From IMG/VR virus record IMGVR_UViG_3300044712_000810, positions 186,001 through 250,000 of that record: 64,000 nt of DNA, one strand, 5' to 3'. The notes beneath the pieces are model-generated. The model did not search any database. It was not told where the DNA came from and worked only from the letters and a program-made list of their open reading frames with translations. Position numbers and translations under genes: made by a program. Of this stretch, positions 1 through 9,837 are shown piece after piece. Each line of letters starts with the position of its first letter. Position 1 is the first letter of the stretch.

Positions 1-34
1 GCATACATAGTTACAAGTGCAATATCGGCTTCGA

Positions 35-328
35 TCATACTAACTCAATAATATACTTTTGCATTTCAAGTCGCATGTCTTCATCAAACAAAACCTCCAA
101 AGCAGGATACATGTCACGGTGAAAATCAAAGAATGCTCGTGCATGTGGAATATAAACTCGATGTTTATATTTAATTTGATCACCAATACACACATATTCT
201 TTATTAAATCTATATTTGTATTTGATTTTAAATCGTTCAAATAATTCACGTCTTGATATTAATCTGTTGTCATATATTAACTCAACAAATATATTTATTA
301 ATTTACGATCATCTGCATTATCTGTCAT
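35..328 (-). CDS. Small paralog, family A (C-terminal DDD..L.MQKY..E.V motif)
   Basis: Ends FDEDMRLEMQKYIIELV; ATGA overlap with neighbours. Confidence 0.8.
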   Translation of the reverse strand: MTDNADDRKLINIFVELIYDNRLISRRELFERFKIKYKYRFNKEYVCIGDQIKYKHRVYIPHARAFFDFHRDMYPALEVLFDEDMRLEMQKYIIELV

Positions 329-606
329 ACTCGTTCAACCACATATTTCATCATATTAAGATACATATCATCATCCATAAGTGTTAATATTATATTAGAT
401 AAAGTTGGTGGATTTTGCATTTCAGTTCCACGTTCAATAACTTTATCATTATACTTGTATACTGTGACTTCACCAAGATCTTCTTCATCATAAACACTTC
501 GTTTAATTCCTAATGGAATAAATAGCTTTATATTAAAATACCCTGGTCTTTCTTTACTTCTAAAGAAATTCATATATGTAGTTAATAGTTGTTCTCTGTT
601 TGTCAT
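325..606 (-). CDS. Small paralog, family A
   Basis: LGI..YKYNDK core; ends MDDDMYLNMMKYVVERV. Confidence 0.8.
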   Translation of the reverse strand: MTNREQLLTTYMNFFRSKERPGYFNIKLFIPLGIKRSVYDEEDLGEVTVYKYNDKVIERGTEMQNPPTLSNIILTLMDDDMYLNMMKYVVERV

Positions 607-842
607 ATTAACTCCAGTAACAGTTTTTGATACTGAACTAACAAATCAGGATCTTTAAATGCCTTAACAATAGCAGATACATCTTCAATGGTTAGATGTT
701 TATTAACCATGCGATATTCATAATTGGAATCACGTTTATAAAATCTAACTTTACCAACTTTATATTTATACATATCCATTCTAATATTTAACGCATTAAT
801 AATCCAATACGACCAACCATCTAAATTTGTTTCAGGAGCCAT
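603..842 (-). CDS. Small paralog, family A-like
   Basis: Ends DPDLLVQYQKLLLELI; start uncertain. Confidence 0.7.
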   Translation of the reverse strand: MAPETNLDGWSYWIINALNIRMDMYKYKVGKVRFYKRDSNYEYRMVNKHLTIEDVSAIVKAFKDPDLLVQYQKLLLELI

Positions 843-1111
843 TTGTTGTACCTTATAGTTAGTTGTTCATCATCAAACTTACGTATTAGTATCCATAAGT
901 TATATAAGTCATTAGGAAATTGTCGTTTAATAACAATCTTACCATAGTGTTTAGTCCATGCATTATCGGATGGGCCGGAATATTTAAATTGATATTTAGT
1001 TACGACTTTTCTATGTAAGTCATACGTATCTACTGATTTGAATTCACTATATGTTATATTTAATTCAAACAAAATTTGTGACATTCGATGAAATGTAATA
1101 TGTTTATTCAT
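821..1111 (-). CDS. Small paralog, family A-like
   Basis: WTKHYGKIVI..FP shared with 13948..14205; ends NKWLLKQI. Confidence 0.8.
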   Translation of the reverse strand: MNKHITFHRMSQILFELNITYSEFKSVDTYDLHRKVVTKYQFKYSGPSDNAWTKHYGKIVIKRQFPNDLYNLWILIRKFDDEQLTIRYNKWLLKQI

Positions 1112-1359
1112 ACAAGTAACAACAATATTTTTTGATATTGAATTTTTAGATCAATATTATCAAATTCATTCACAATAGATTCAATATCTTCTAAACATGT
1201 TACATATTCTTTACGAATTACTTCTTTATTTTTAAATGAAAATTTATATCCATCATCAAAGTTATGATACATATGAGTTTTTATCTTTAACCCATCAAGT
1301 ATCATACGAAACCGTTTGGTTGAATAAAGAATCATTACCGATTTGCCAAGAAGGTTCAT
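1108..1359 (-). CDS. Small paralog, family A-like
   Basis: Ends DLKIQYQKILLLLV. Confidence 0.75.
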   Translation of the reverse strand: MNLLGKSVMILYSTKRFRMILDGLKIKTHMYHNFDDGYKFSFKNKEVIRKEYVTCLEDIESIVNEFDNIDLKIQYQKILLLLV

Positions 1360-1589
1360 ATAAGCTCCAGTAGAAGTCGTTGATATGCGATTGTTAGTTC
1401 TTCATCGTTGATAAATTCAACGATATCGGCAAGTCCATCAATAGTTACTGGGGCAGTACCCATGATACCAATGCGTTTACCTTTATAAAATATAGCAGAA
1501 GTCGGTGTGACTTTATCATTTTCATAAATTGTAGACATTTTGATATTATTATCACGAGTAAATTTAATAAGACAATCAAAAGGATTCAT
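1356..1589 (-). CDS. Small paralog, family A-like (first gene of array)
   Basis: Start reassigned to MNPFD at 1589 behind AGGAGG SD; ends QRLLLELI. Confidence 0.8.
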   Translation of the reverse strand: MNPFDCLIKFTRDNNIKMSTIYENDKVTPTSAIFYKGKRIGIMGTAPVTIDGLADIVEFINDEELTIAYQRLLLELI

Positions 1590-1614
1590 TTTATCCTCCT
1601 TAATACACCAAACT

Positions 1615-1624
1615 ATTTCTATAT
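1615..1624 (-). promoter_or_regulatory. Putative phage promoter motif ATATAGAAAT
   Basis: Exact copy of recurring intergenic motif upstream of array start. Confidence 0.6.
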
Positions 1625-1689
1625 GAAAAGTTATAAAACTAAAAAATGGGCTATACGAGATCTTAGCCCGTATAGCCCAATAAAAAAAC

Positions 1690-2112
1690 TTATTTTGGAT
1701 ATGTACTCTTAACAAAATCTACTTTTGCAATTAAGTCTTCCATATCTTTACCAATATTGATATTCTGTGATTTAAGTACTTTAAATCCTTTTATGATTGC
1801 ATCCAATTGTTCACCAAAGTATTCATATGAAATATTACGTAACTCTTGATAATTAGTTTTAATAAAATCTGGATCGGCAATAACTGGGACTGGATCCCCA
1901 ATCATAATATGATAACGTTCAGTTGTAATTGGTGGTATTGGTAAACCATGTTGTTTATCTATAACATCAACTATTGGCGTATCATATTTAAAGTTATCTG
2001 GAACCCATACAAGTTTGCTTCCATCTTCATAGAAGCTTAACATTTTTCTATCAATATTTTGACTGTCAGCATGAAATCCAATTATTTTATCATCTTTAAC
2101 AACTAGTAACAT
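1690..2112 (-). CDS. Hypothetical protein, possibly tail-fibre assembly/chaperone
   Basis: Directly downstream of collar genes; C-terminal R..Y..EQLDAI...VK..YPK pattern typical of such proteins. Confidence 0.5.
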   Translation of the reverse strand: MLLVVKDDKIIGFHADSQNIDRKMLSFYEDGSKLVWVPDNFKYDTPIVDVIDKQHGLPIPPITTERYHIMIGDPVPVIADPDFIKTNYQELRNISYEYFGEQLDAIIKGFKVLKSQNINIGKDMEDLIAKVDFVKSTYPK

Positions 2113-2123
2113 ATGTTATCTCC

Positions 2124-3092
2124 TTAAATTTTAATACATGGTAGTAATGCTATGTTTCTTGGTCTTGTACTACTTCCACCTATGGCATTAAATCCTACTC
2201 CAAGACCAGTTGTTATCCATGGTCCTCTATACCAACCAATACGGTTCACGTTCGCTAAATGGTTATAAAAGAATGCATAGTTTGCATATGTATAGTGTGC
2301 GTGTTGTGCCATATCTTCATTTTGGAATGTGCCTAAAAGTCTTCCAGCATCAGTTCCACCACGTCCACCATCATAACCACAAACGAATTCACCTCGAAGA
2401 TCTGGAAGTGAGAATAAGTTTTGTGATAATGCGACATTATCATATAATTCTAATTCACCAATACCAACAACAGACCCATGTCCATTATTTGCTGTAATAT
2501 TTAATTTATATGTTGTATAACTTGTAGAATTGTTAAAGTAAAAATAACGATTTTCACCATATGTCCAGTTAGTTTGGTTTGTTTGTGTGTCTAATGTTAC
2601 CCATGTACCGTCAGATCCATTAGTAGTATCATTAGATCCTAATAGTGTCCAAGTTTTAGGATGCCAGTTCATATTATTTCGATTATAATATTGTGAAGAA
2701 TAGTCGTAACCTTTAATACCATATCCATTTATAATCTTTGGCGATGTAAATTTATATGCAATCCAACCTGTAGTACTTGTTGTTTGCCAACAGTCATTAT
2801 TAGTAACACCATTAAATGCTTTCCATGCAAAATATGTTGAAGCTTCTTGTGTACTATAATATACGTTACCGGATGGTGCTGTAGCACTAGTCATAAATGG
2901 ATTAGTTCTAGTTACTCCACCAAAACCATATGAATATCCGATCTTATTAAATAAATTAGATAAAAACAATTTATTTGCAGCACTACCATCTGCTATTACC
3001 CAACCTGAAGGAACTGAAGTTCTTAAAAAATAACCAATAGATCCTGTTGGATAATCAGATGGGTGTATTGTTTTATTATGTGTTAATTTCAT
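2124..3092 (-). CDS. Phage tail-collar domain protein with inserted discoidin/F5-8C-like domain
   Basis: PSGW..ADG..LF.KIG.SYG, LPDLRGEF, HAH, TRPRNIALLPCIK; central AWKAF..PKTWTLLGSND..IGELELY. Confidence 0.8.
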   Translation of the reverse strand: MKLTHNKTIHPSDYPTGSIGYFLRTSVPSGWVIADGSAANKLFLSNLFNKIGYSYGFGGVTRTNPFMTSATAPSGNVYYSTQEASTYFAWKAFNGVTNNDCWQTTSTTGWIAYKFTSPKIINGYGIKGYDYSSQYYNRNNMNWHPKTWTLLGSNDTTNGSDGTWVTLDTQTNQTNWTYGENRYFYFNNSTSYTTYKLNITANNGHGSVVGIGELELYDNVALSQNLFSLPDLRGEFVCGYDGGRGGTDAGRLLGTFQNEDMAQHAHYTYANYAFFYNHLANVNRIGWYRGPWITTGLGVGFNAIGGSSTRPRNIALLPCIKI

Positions 3093-3102
3093 TATATCTC
3101 TC

Positions 3103-4068
3103 CTAATACTTTATATAAGGAAGTAGTGCTACGTTTCTTGGTCTTGTATCTAATGCACCAACATAGTTAGTATAGTTAACTGATGTTCCACCGGACATAC
3201 CACCAGTTACGTTAGTCATTCTGTTAGTTGCACCGATATTTACGTTTGCTTCATTATTTGCAGGAGGGGCAGTATGTGAGTGTGCATATACTTCATCCAT
3301 TTGAAAAGTGCCGATGAGTCGACCTGGATCAACTCCACGCCCAAGATCTGCACCACGAATAAATTCACCACGTAAATCAGGTAGTGATGCTTTAACTATA
3401 TCAACTTCATTATATAAATCTAATTCACCAATTAATGTATAATTTGCATATCCATTATTTGCGGTAATATTTAGTTTATATGTTTGAAATGGTTGTGGAG
3501 ATTTAATTTTATAACAACGTTTTTCACCAACACCCCATGATGTTTCACTAGTTTGTGTATCTAATGTAGTCCATGTACCATCTAAACCGTTTGTAGTATC
3601 ATTAGATCCCATAAATGTCCATGCTTTAGGATATGGTGTATATCCAGATCCTAATATTGAACTTGTATTAATATATCCACATACACGATATCCACCAATA
3701 GTCTGTTGAGTTGTGTATTTGTATGCAATCCAACCAGTTGTTACACCATTTGCAGTAATCCAACAATCGTTTTGATATACTCCATTAAATGCTTTCCATG
3801 ATTGATAGGTTGTTGCATCATACTGTGATGAATAAAATACAGTTCCAGATGGTGCTGTAGTACTTGTCATGATTGGATTCGATCTATTTATATTACCAAA
3901 TCCATATTTATATCCAATTAAATTAAATAAATTTGGATATAATATTGGATCATACTCTCCACCATCTGCAAATAACCATCCGTCTGTATTATCATTCCTA
4001 TGAAAATAATCAACCATTCCAACTGGAATCGGTTGTGTTTTTAAATCATGTTCAATTGATATTTTCAT
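3103..4068 (-). CDS. Phage tail-collar domain protein with inserted discoidin-like domain (paralog 2)
   Basis: YPNLFNLIGYKYG, LPDLRGEFIRG.D.GRGVD.GR, TRPRNVALLPYIKY. Confidence 0.8.
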   Translation of the reverse strand: MKISIEHDLKTQPIPVGMVDYFHRNDNTDGWLFADGGEYDPILYPNLFNLIGYKYGFGNINRSNPIMTSTTAPSGTVFYSSQYDATTYQSWKAFNGVYQNDCWITANGVTTGWIAYKYTTQQTIGGYRVCGYINTSSILGSGYTPYPKAWTFMGSNDTTNGLDGTWTTLDTQTSETSWGVGEKRCYKIKSPQPFQTYKLNITANNGYANYTLIGELDLYNEVDIVKASLPDLRGEFIRGADLGRGVDPGRLIGTFQMDEVYAHSHTAPPANNEANVNIGATNRMTNVTGGMSGGTSVNYTNYVGALDTRPRNVALLPYIKY

Positions 4069-4077
4069 ATTATTTCC

Positions 4078-5085
4078 TTATAACTTGATACATGGTAGGT
4101 ATGCAATGCTTCTTGGTGTTGTTTTTGTTCCACCATTCCATGTTGTTGTAGATCCTGACATATCTCCTACACCACCACTTATATAACCAAATTGGTTAAC
4201 AGCATATGTGTAGTTATAAGCAAACATACCAGAATTTAATGTATGATAATGTTGTCTAATATCTGGTGATTGCCATGATCCCAATATTCTATTACCGTCA
4301 ACTCCACGAGTACCATCATAACCACGAATAAATTCACCACGTAAATCCGGTAATTTAAAATAGTCACCAACATCATTAATATCATAAAGACCAAGATCGA
4401 TAATACTTAAATAGTATGGAGTCCCATTTGATGCAGATACATTAATTCTATATGCTATAAAACTTTGTGGTGTAGCAATTTTAAATATCTTTGTTTCACC
4501 ATAAGACCAGTTTAATATATTTTGTGTGTCTAATGTTACCCATGTTCCATCTGATCCATTAGTTGTGTTATTACTACCTTGGAATGTCCATGTTTTAGGA
4601 TATGTTGTAGTATTTTGTGAACTGTTATCAGTACTTGGAATTGTATTGATATAATTGTATGCGGTTCCATGATATCCTGGTTTTACTGTATAACCCAAAA
4701 GAGTCTTCGCCGCAGTAAACTTATAACATAACCAACCTGTAAGTGTTCCTTGTGGTGTTAACCATCCCCATTGATCTGTTAATACTCCATCAAATGCTCT
4801 CCATCCTTGATAGTTTGTTGAATCATATTGTGATGACTGATAAACAAATCCAGACGGTGCTGTCGCACTAGTCATAATTGGAGTTGCTTTAGTATTACAG
4901 AAACCATAAGTGTATCCAATTTGTGCAAATAAGTCAGGATTTTCTGTTTTATTTAATAATCCACCATCACATATAACCCATCCTGTTGGAGCAGTATTCG
5001 AATGAAAGAATTTAACAGTACCTGTTGGAATAGTAACATTATACGACGGACGCGGTGTTACTAATTCTGTAGATAAAAATGCCAT
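4078..5085 (-). CDS. Phage tail-collar domain protein with inserted discoidin-like domain (paralog 3)
   Basis: PTGWVICDG, LFAQIGYTYG, LPDLRGEFIRG, HYH, PRSIAYLPCIKL. Confidence 0.8.
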   Translation of the reverse strand: MAFLSTELVTPRPSYNVTIPTGTVKFFHSNTAPTGWVICDGGLLNKTENPDLFAQIGYTYGFCNTKATPIMTSATAPSGFVYQSSQYDSTNYQGWRAFDGVLTDQWGWLTPQGTLTGWLCYKFTAAKTLLGYTVKPGYHGTAYNYINTIPSTDNSSQNTTTYPKTWTFQGSNNTTNGSDGTWVTLDTQNILNWSYGETKIFKIATPQSFIAYRINVSASNGTPYYLSIIDLGLYDINDVGDYFKLPDLRGEFIRGYDGTRGVDGNRILGSWQSPDIRQHYHTLNSGMFAYNYTYAVNQFGYISGGVGDMSGSTTTWNGGTKTTPRSIAYLPCIKL

Positions 5086-5086
5086 A

Positions 5087-6337
5087 TTATATCTCCATAT
5101 TTATAAATTTAATATAATCTTCGCTTAATCTTTTTCTATGTGATGAATTGCATGATTGACATATCATAGGTAATTTAGTAATATCACCAAACATGTGTTG
5201 CCGAAGATTTCGAAAACCAGATGTATTCCATACTTTTCTAAAGTTATTAGTTATATTAAAATTTTGTTGTGCCCAATTTGGTTTAGTAGGATCTTTAAAG
5301 TGTTGAACTGTTGAACAGCATGGCCGAGAATTACTTTCAGGATCTACAACCATTTGTAACCAAGGCGCATAACAGTATGGTTCTCGAATATTTTCTTTTT
5401 GTTTTAATTCATCCATATACATTAGTATTAATTGATCTAATGAAAGTTTACCTGCACCATCATCTGAATTATCACCAAGTCTAATACGATGAATGAAATC
5501 TAAGTAATCATTATTGGTGCTTGGTTCACAACGTTTAAGTTCTACGCTTGGCAATTCTGTATGTAATGCAAATGATCTTCGCATATATCCATCTGCATAT
5601 ATAACATTTAACTCACGTTCATTAAATCCACTAAACTCAACATGTAAATCGTCTTTAATATCACGATAAAACATATTAAGATAATTCATATCATTAAGAT
5701 CAACTTCATATTCTTTTAACTCTTGCCAGTAGATACACTTCTGGAGTAGTATTTCCTTGACGCCAAGGTCTTTAGCAAATTTATACATATCATACACGTA
5801 TGCTAATGAGTATTTTGCGATTAACATGGTCGGGACGACGTTCACGTGTGGGTTTTGTTTAATAAAATTTTCTAAGTTAGATTTAACGGTATTCAGATCT
5901 CCACCCCGTAAACGGGTATAAAAACTACTTTCCGGAGCATCGATTGACACCATCATTCTTTTGAGGTTCTTAAATGTCTGGAAGTCATACTTATTAAGTA
6001 GAAGACCATTAGTGTAAAGTACTGAATTGTTTGTATTTAATGCCATAATTTTATTTATCATATCAGTTTGCAATAGTGGTTCACCTTCACCAGTTATTAC
6101 AAACGTTTCACTATGTTTTATAACTTCACTTAAGTTATCAACTATATTATCATTAAGATCATACTTTCTAAAATTAGTATAATCAGTATTTCCATATTTA
6201 GAATAATATTGACAATGAGCACATGATAAATTACATGTATTGCTCATGAATAAAACTAAACTACGCGGATATGAATATAACACGCGTTTTTCTAATGCTA
6301 TCTCTAATAAGTTTAAAAGTCTATACTTATCAAACAT
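5087..6337 (-). CDS. Radical SAM/SPASM(Twitch)-domain protein
   Basis: CNLSCAHC motif, GEGEPLL, YTNG, C-terminal CYAPW..PCC..CQSC. Confidence 0.9.
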   Translation of the reverse strand: MFDKYRLLNLLEIALEKRVLYSYPRSLVLFMSNTCNLSCAHCQYYSKYGNTDYTNFRKYDLNDNIVDNLSEVIKHSETFVITGEGEPLLQTDMINKIMALNTNNSVLYTNGLLLNKYDFQTFKNLKRMMVSIDAPESSFYTRLRGGDLNTVKSNLENFIKQNPHVNVVPTMLIAKYSLAYVYDMYKFAKDLGVKEILLQKCIYWQELKEYEVDLNDMNYLNMFYRDIKDDLHVEFSGFNERELNVIYADGYMRRSFALHTELPSVELKRCEPSTNNDYLDFIHRIRLGDNSDDGAGKLSLDQLILMYMDELKQKENIREPYCYAPWLQMVVDPESNSRPCCSTVQHFKDPTKPNWAQQNFNITNNFRKVWNTSGFRNLRQHMFGDITKLPMICQSCNSSHRKRLSEDYIKFINMEI

Positions 6338-6362
6338 GTTTACTCCAATAATTTAAATATTT

Positions 6363-6372
6363 ATATAGAAAT
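6363..6372 (+). promoter_or_regulatory. Putative phage promoter motif ATATAGAAAT
   Basis: Exact copy upstream of 6397 gene. Confidence 0.6.
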
Positions 6373-6396
6373 AGTTACGTAAAACAAGGAGGATGT

Positions 6397-6801
6397 ATGT
6401 CAGAAGAAAAAAAAGATTCACTTGAAAAACCAAGTGAAGTAGCCAAAGATCTAACAACGGATGTTGACAAGAAAGTTTTAACTGATGAGGATAAAGGAAA
6501 ACTGATTGCAGGATTAGTTTGTCTTTTAGCCCTCTGTCTTACTGCTCTATGGATCGCCCATGATAGATGGTATGATCCAATGAATCAAGAAGCGACATGG
6601 TATGAGTTGTCACGCAACGTGTGCAAATCACCAAAAGCAAAAGAAGAGTTCTTGAAGTTGGATCTATCAAAGAATGGCATATCGTTTTTCGAAAAACGTA
6701 GGATTGAAAAGATCTTAATTGATGAACGACTTGCCGAATCCGCAGAATCATGCCGTCGTCGTGCAGAAACATGCGACGAACGAATCAATAAGAAACCATA
6801 A
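6397..6801 (+). CDS. Hypothetical membrane protein
   Basis: AGGAGG SD; hydrophobic LIAGLVCLLALCLTALWI segment; own terminator. Confidence 0.75.
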   Translation: MSEEKKDSLEKPSEVAKDLTTDVDKKVLTDEDKGKLIAGLVCLLALCLTALWIAHDRWYDPMNQEATWYELSRNVCKSPKAKEEFLKLDLSKNGISFFEKRRIEKILIDERLAESAESCRRRAETCDERINKKP

Positions 6802-6808
6802 CCCGAAG

Positions 6809-6834
6809 GAAATCCCTTCGGGGATTTTCTTTTT
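6809..6834 (+). terminator. Rho-independent terminator
   Basis: AAATCCC-TTCG-GGGATTT followed by T-run. Confidence 0.7.
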
Positions 6835-6882
6835 GTTTTAAATTGGGGTGGAGATCTTCTCCCCACCCCCACATATCATAAC

Positions 6883-8325
6883 TTAATACTTCTTATAAAC
6901 TTTAATTTTACCTGTTACATTACTACCACCAGAATACAATCTCACTGAAGTAATTGTGGCAGATTGATTCCATGTAACATTTATCTGTCCTGTATATACG
7001 CCAGATGGTGTTTGATTGTAATTCATCCTTGCAGTTTTACTATAAGGATATATTTTAGCAGTTACATCAGAATTAGATGCTGCTATTAATGCAACTGGAA
7101 AACCTGTAATTTGTTGACCATTAGCTGTATTACCAGTACCATACATTTGTTCCCATGTATAGTGGCTAATTGTAGAATCGTTGTTAAAATAGATATTTAT
7201 AGGATTTGAATTCGATGGAGAAAACCCTTCAATTTCAAGAATATCACAATCAGTAACATCAATTGTCTCATCACATGGTTGTGTTGTATAAGTCTTATTT
7301 AAGACTAATTCAACAGGATTAGTATTTTGTTTTAATATTTGTTTAGTTGCTAATCTATATATTTTTAATGTTCCAGTTACAGCTAATCCAGATTGACTTA
7401 CAATTTGAATACTTGTAATAGGACTTGTAGTATTTGTCCAAGAGTTAGATTGAATTCTTCCTATTTGTACGGAACCAGAATATTGGCCACCCAAACTATT
7501 AATAAAGCGTCTTGTTCCACTTACTTTTAAATTTCCTTGTCCATGTGATGTTCCAGTACCGATAGATAATTGCATACTTGTCATTGCAGTATTACTTGTA
7601 GTATGAGAACTACCAAAGTAATGATCTGATAAAGCATAATTACTTGCAGAATCATTATTAAATCTTAATGCAAAGTTATCAGTGGAAGTATAAGTAACTG
7701 CTTCATAGTATAAAGTGCTATCAGTTTCACCATCCCAAGGAATATTAACATTTAGAACAGTGCCTGTTGCCGTTATTTCTTTTACTAATTCATATGTTGC
7801 TAAATTAGTAACTTTAACATCTTGCCATTTGTAAACAGTAATTGTACCTGTTACTGTAGCAGAAGTATTGAATGTTAATGTATTCATTGCACCAGAACCA
7901 ATATATCTAGCAACTTCTAATTGTATAGTTTCAACAGAAGCAATTAAAAATGATGCCTGTGTTGTTCCCATTTTTGTAGTTTTATCAAATTCTGTAATTC
8001 TTTTTTGTGGTTGTGATGTACCCGCAATAACAATACCAGGGTTTGTTGATAATCCACCTGAGACTGATGTTCCAGTACCTGTTACCATACCATTTTTATA
8101 ATTCGATCCAGTGTCAGAATCGAAACACATATATAGTGGTCCAGTTGCAGCTGTAAATTCAGATTCTATTCTAAATTTTGTACAACCACTAATATCAAAT
8201 GAACCTGACGGTATTGATGAATTAAATTTTTTACTTTCTACTTTGACCCAGTTAGAATTTTCTTGTGGGTCAACACCAGTTAACCATTTACTGATATCTA
8301 GATTCTCTTGAGTAGATAATTTCAT
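6883..8325 (-). CDS. Putative virion/tail-fibre protein with three beta-rich repeats (paralog 1)
   Basis: S/T/G/N-rich; three ~150 aa units each with F.(N/S)D..NY and ending G.I.VY(K/R). Confidence 0.65.
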   Translation of the reverse strand: MKLSTQENLDISKWLTGVDPQENSNWVKVESKKFNSSIPSGSFDISGCTKFRIESEFTAATGPLYMCFDSDTGSNYKNGMVTGTGTSVSGGLSTNPGIVIAGTSQPQKRITEFDKTTKMGTTQASFLIASVETIQLEVARYIGSGAMNTLTFNTSATVTGTITVYKWQDVKVTNLATYELVKEITATGTVLNVNIPWDGETDSTLYYEAVTYTSTDNFALRFNNDSASNYALSDHYFGSSHTTSNTAMTSMQLSIGTGTSHGQGNLKVSGTRRFINSLGGQYSGSVQIGRIQSNSWTNTTSPITSIQIVSQSGLAVTGTLKIYRLATKQILKQNTNPVELVLNKTYTTQPCDETIDVTDCDILEIEGFSPSNSNPINIYFNNDSTISHYTWEQMYGTGNTANGQQITGFPVALIAASNSDVTAKIYPYSKTARMNYNQTPSGVYTGQINVTWNQSATITSVRLYSGGSNVTGKIKVYKKY

Positions 8326-8337
8326 ATTGTATTATCC

Positions 8338-9825
8338 TTAGTATTTCTTCCAAACTTTAATCTTACCAGTAAATCCAGCACTAACAACTATTTGAACACT
8401 ATTTACTGTTCCACTACCATACCACGTATGATGATGCATTTGAACTTGTGGAACGGCTCCTACATCATAGTTTAATACAGCATTGAATTTCTTTACAGTA
8501 GGATATACTGTTATTTTTGAAGTAGACATTTGACCATTTGAGGAAGTCACACCACTAACAACGTTATTATTAGTTCCGGTTCCAACAGCAGTAGATATAG
8601 TAGAACCATTACCCGCAGTATAAGTTAATTTATAGTTTGAACTTACACCATCATTATTAAATTGTATAAAACCATTTTGTGTAGTACTAGAACCAATAAG
8701 TGATATTTCTAATTCATCACAATCAGAAACATCAATGGATTCACTAACGGCAGAATTAGAGTATGTTTTATTTAATACAAGTTCAACAGGTTTTACATTT
8801 TGTTTTAATAACTGTTTAGTTACTAAACGATATACTTTAACAGAACCGGTAATCGCTGCTAAAGAAAATATACGTATTGATGTTGTTACAGCAGCATTAC
8901 TCCAATATCCTCCGGTAAGTTCAGTTGTCGATGCACCAGGATTTTCTCTAAAATGTTTACATACACATTGATGTTTTCTTCCAGATTTTAAATTCATATT
9001 AAATTGACCATATGCAACATTTTTAAATCCATCTGCTATAAAAACATTTGAATAATTACTAGCATATGCAGCTGGTGATGCTCCACTATTAAATACACCG
9101 GTTGCAACATAATTAGTAGTAGTATCACCATTACATTGTAAACCAAGATAATTTGAAGTAGAACCATCACCAGATACGCTATATTCAATATATAAATCTG
9201 GTGTAGATTCCCAATCAATACCTGTAATAGTGTCGTTTAATACTGTTGCAGTAGTATAATTATATTCTTTTATTAATTCATATATAGCTAAGTTTGTGAC
9301 TTTAATATCTTGCCATTTGTATACTATGATTTCACCAGTAAAAGTATTAGTTCCACCAATATTAAGAGTATTCATCGCCGCAGTACCAGTATAAAAAACA
9401 CCCATTGGTTGAATAAATACACCTGATCCTGTAGTAGAATTAGCGGATATAATACTTTCACCCACTTTTGTAGTTCTATCAAACTCATGTTTGATAATAT
9501 AATTGCCACCCCATGTAGCACCTAGAATAAATCCGTTTCTAGTATTTCGGCCACCGCCAGCGACAGCTCCTTGGCCATATAAATCTTGTTCAACATAAGT
9601 TGCACCAGTATCACTATCGAAATATGCTAATATATTACCACTTGGCGATGCAGTTCCTTTTATTTCAATCATGAATTTAGTACATGTACTAATATCAAAA
9701 CTACATGTTGGGACCGCGTTTGTAAATTTCTTACTATCAATTTTAACCCAGTTAGTACTATCTTGTGGGTTTACTCCAGTTAACCAAGAACTAATATCTA
9801 GATTCTCTTGAGTAGATAATTTCAT
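8338..9825 (-). CDS. Putative virion/tail-fibre protein with three beta-rich repeats (paralog 2)
   Basis: Same MKLSTQENLDIS start, YKWQDIKVTNLA linker and TGKIKV.KKY end. Confidence 0.65.
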   Translation of the reverse strand: MKLSTQENLDISSWLTGVNPQDSTNWVKIDSKKFTNAVPTCSFDISTCTKFMIEIKGTASPSGNILAYFDSDTGATYVEQDLYGQGAVAGGGRNTRNGFILGATWGGNYIIKHEFDRTTKVGESIISANSTTGSGVFIQPMGVFYTGTAAMNTLNIGGTNTFTGEIIVYKWQDIKVTNLAIYELIKEYNYTTATVLNDTITGIDWESTPDLYIEYSVSGDGSTSNYLGLQCNGDTTTNYVATGVFNSGASPAAYASNYSNVFIADGFKNVAYGQFNMNLKSGRKHQCVCKHFRENPGASTTELTGGYWSNAAVTTSIRIFSLAAITGSVKVYRLVTKQLLKQNVKPVELVLNKTYSNSAVSESIDVSDCDELEISLIGSSTTQNGFIQFNNDGVSSNYKLTYTAGNGSTISTAVGTGTNNNVVSGVTSSNGQMSTSKITVYPTVKKFNAVLNYDVGAVPQVQMHHHTWYGSGTVNSVQIVVSAGFTGKIKVWKKY

Positions 9826-9837
9826 ATTATATTATCC

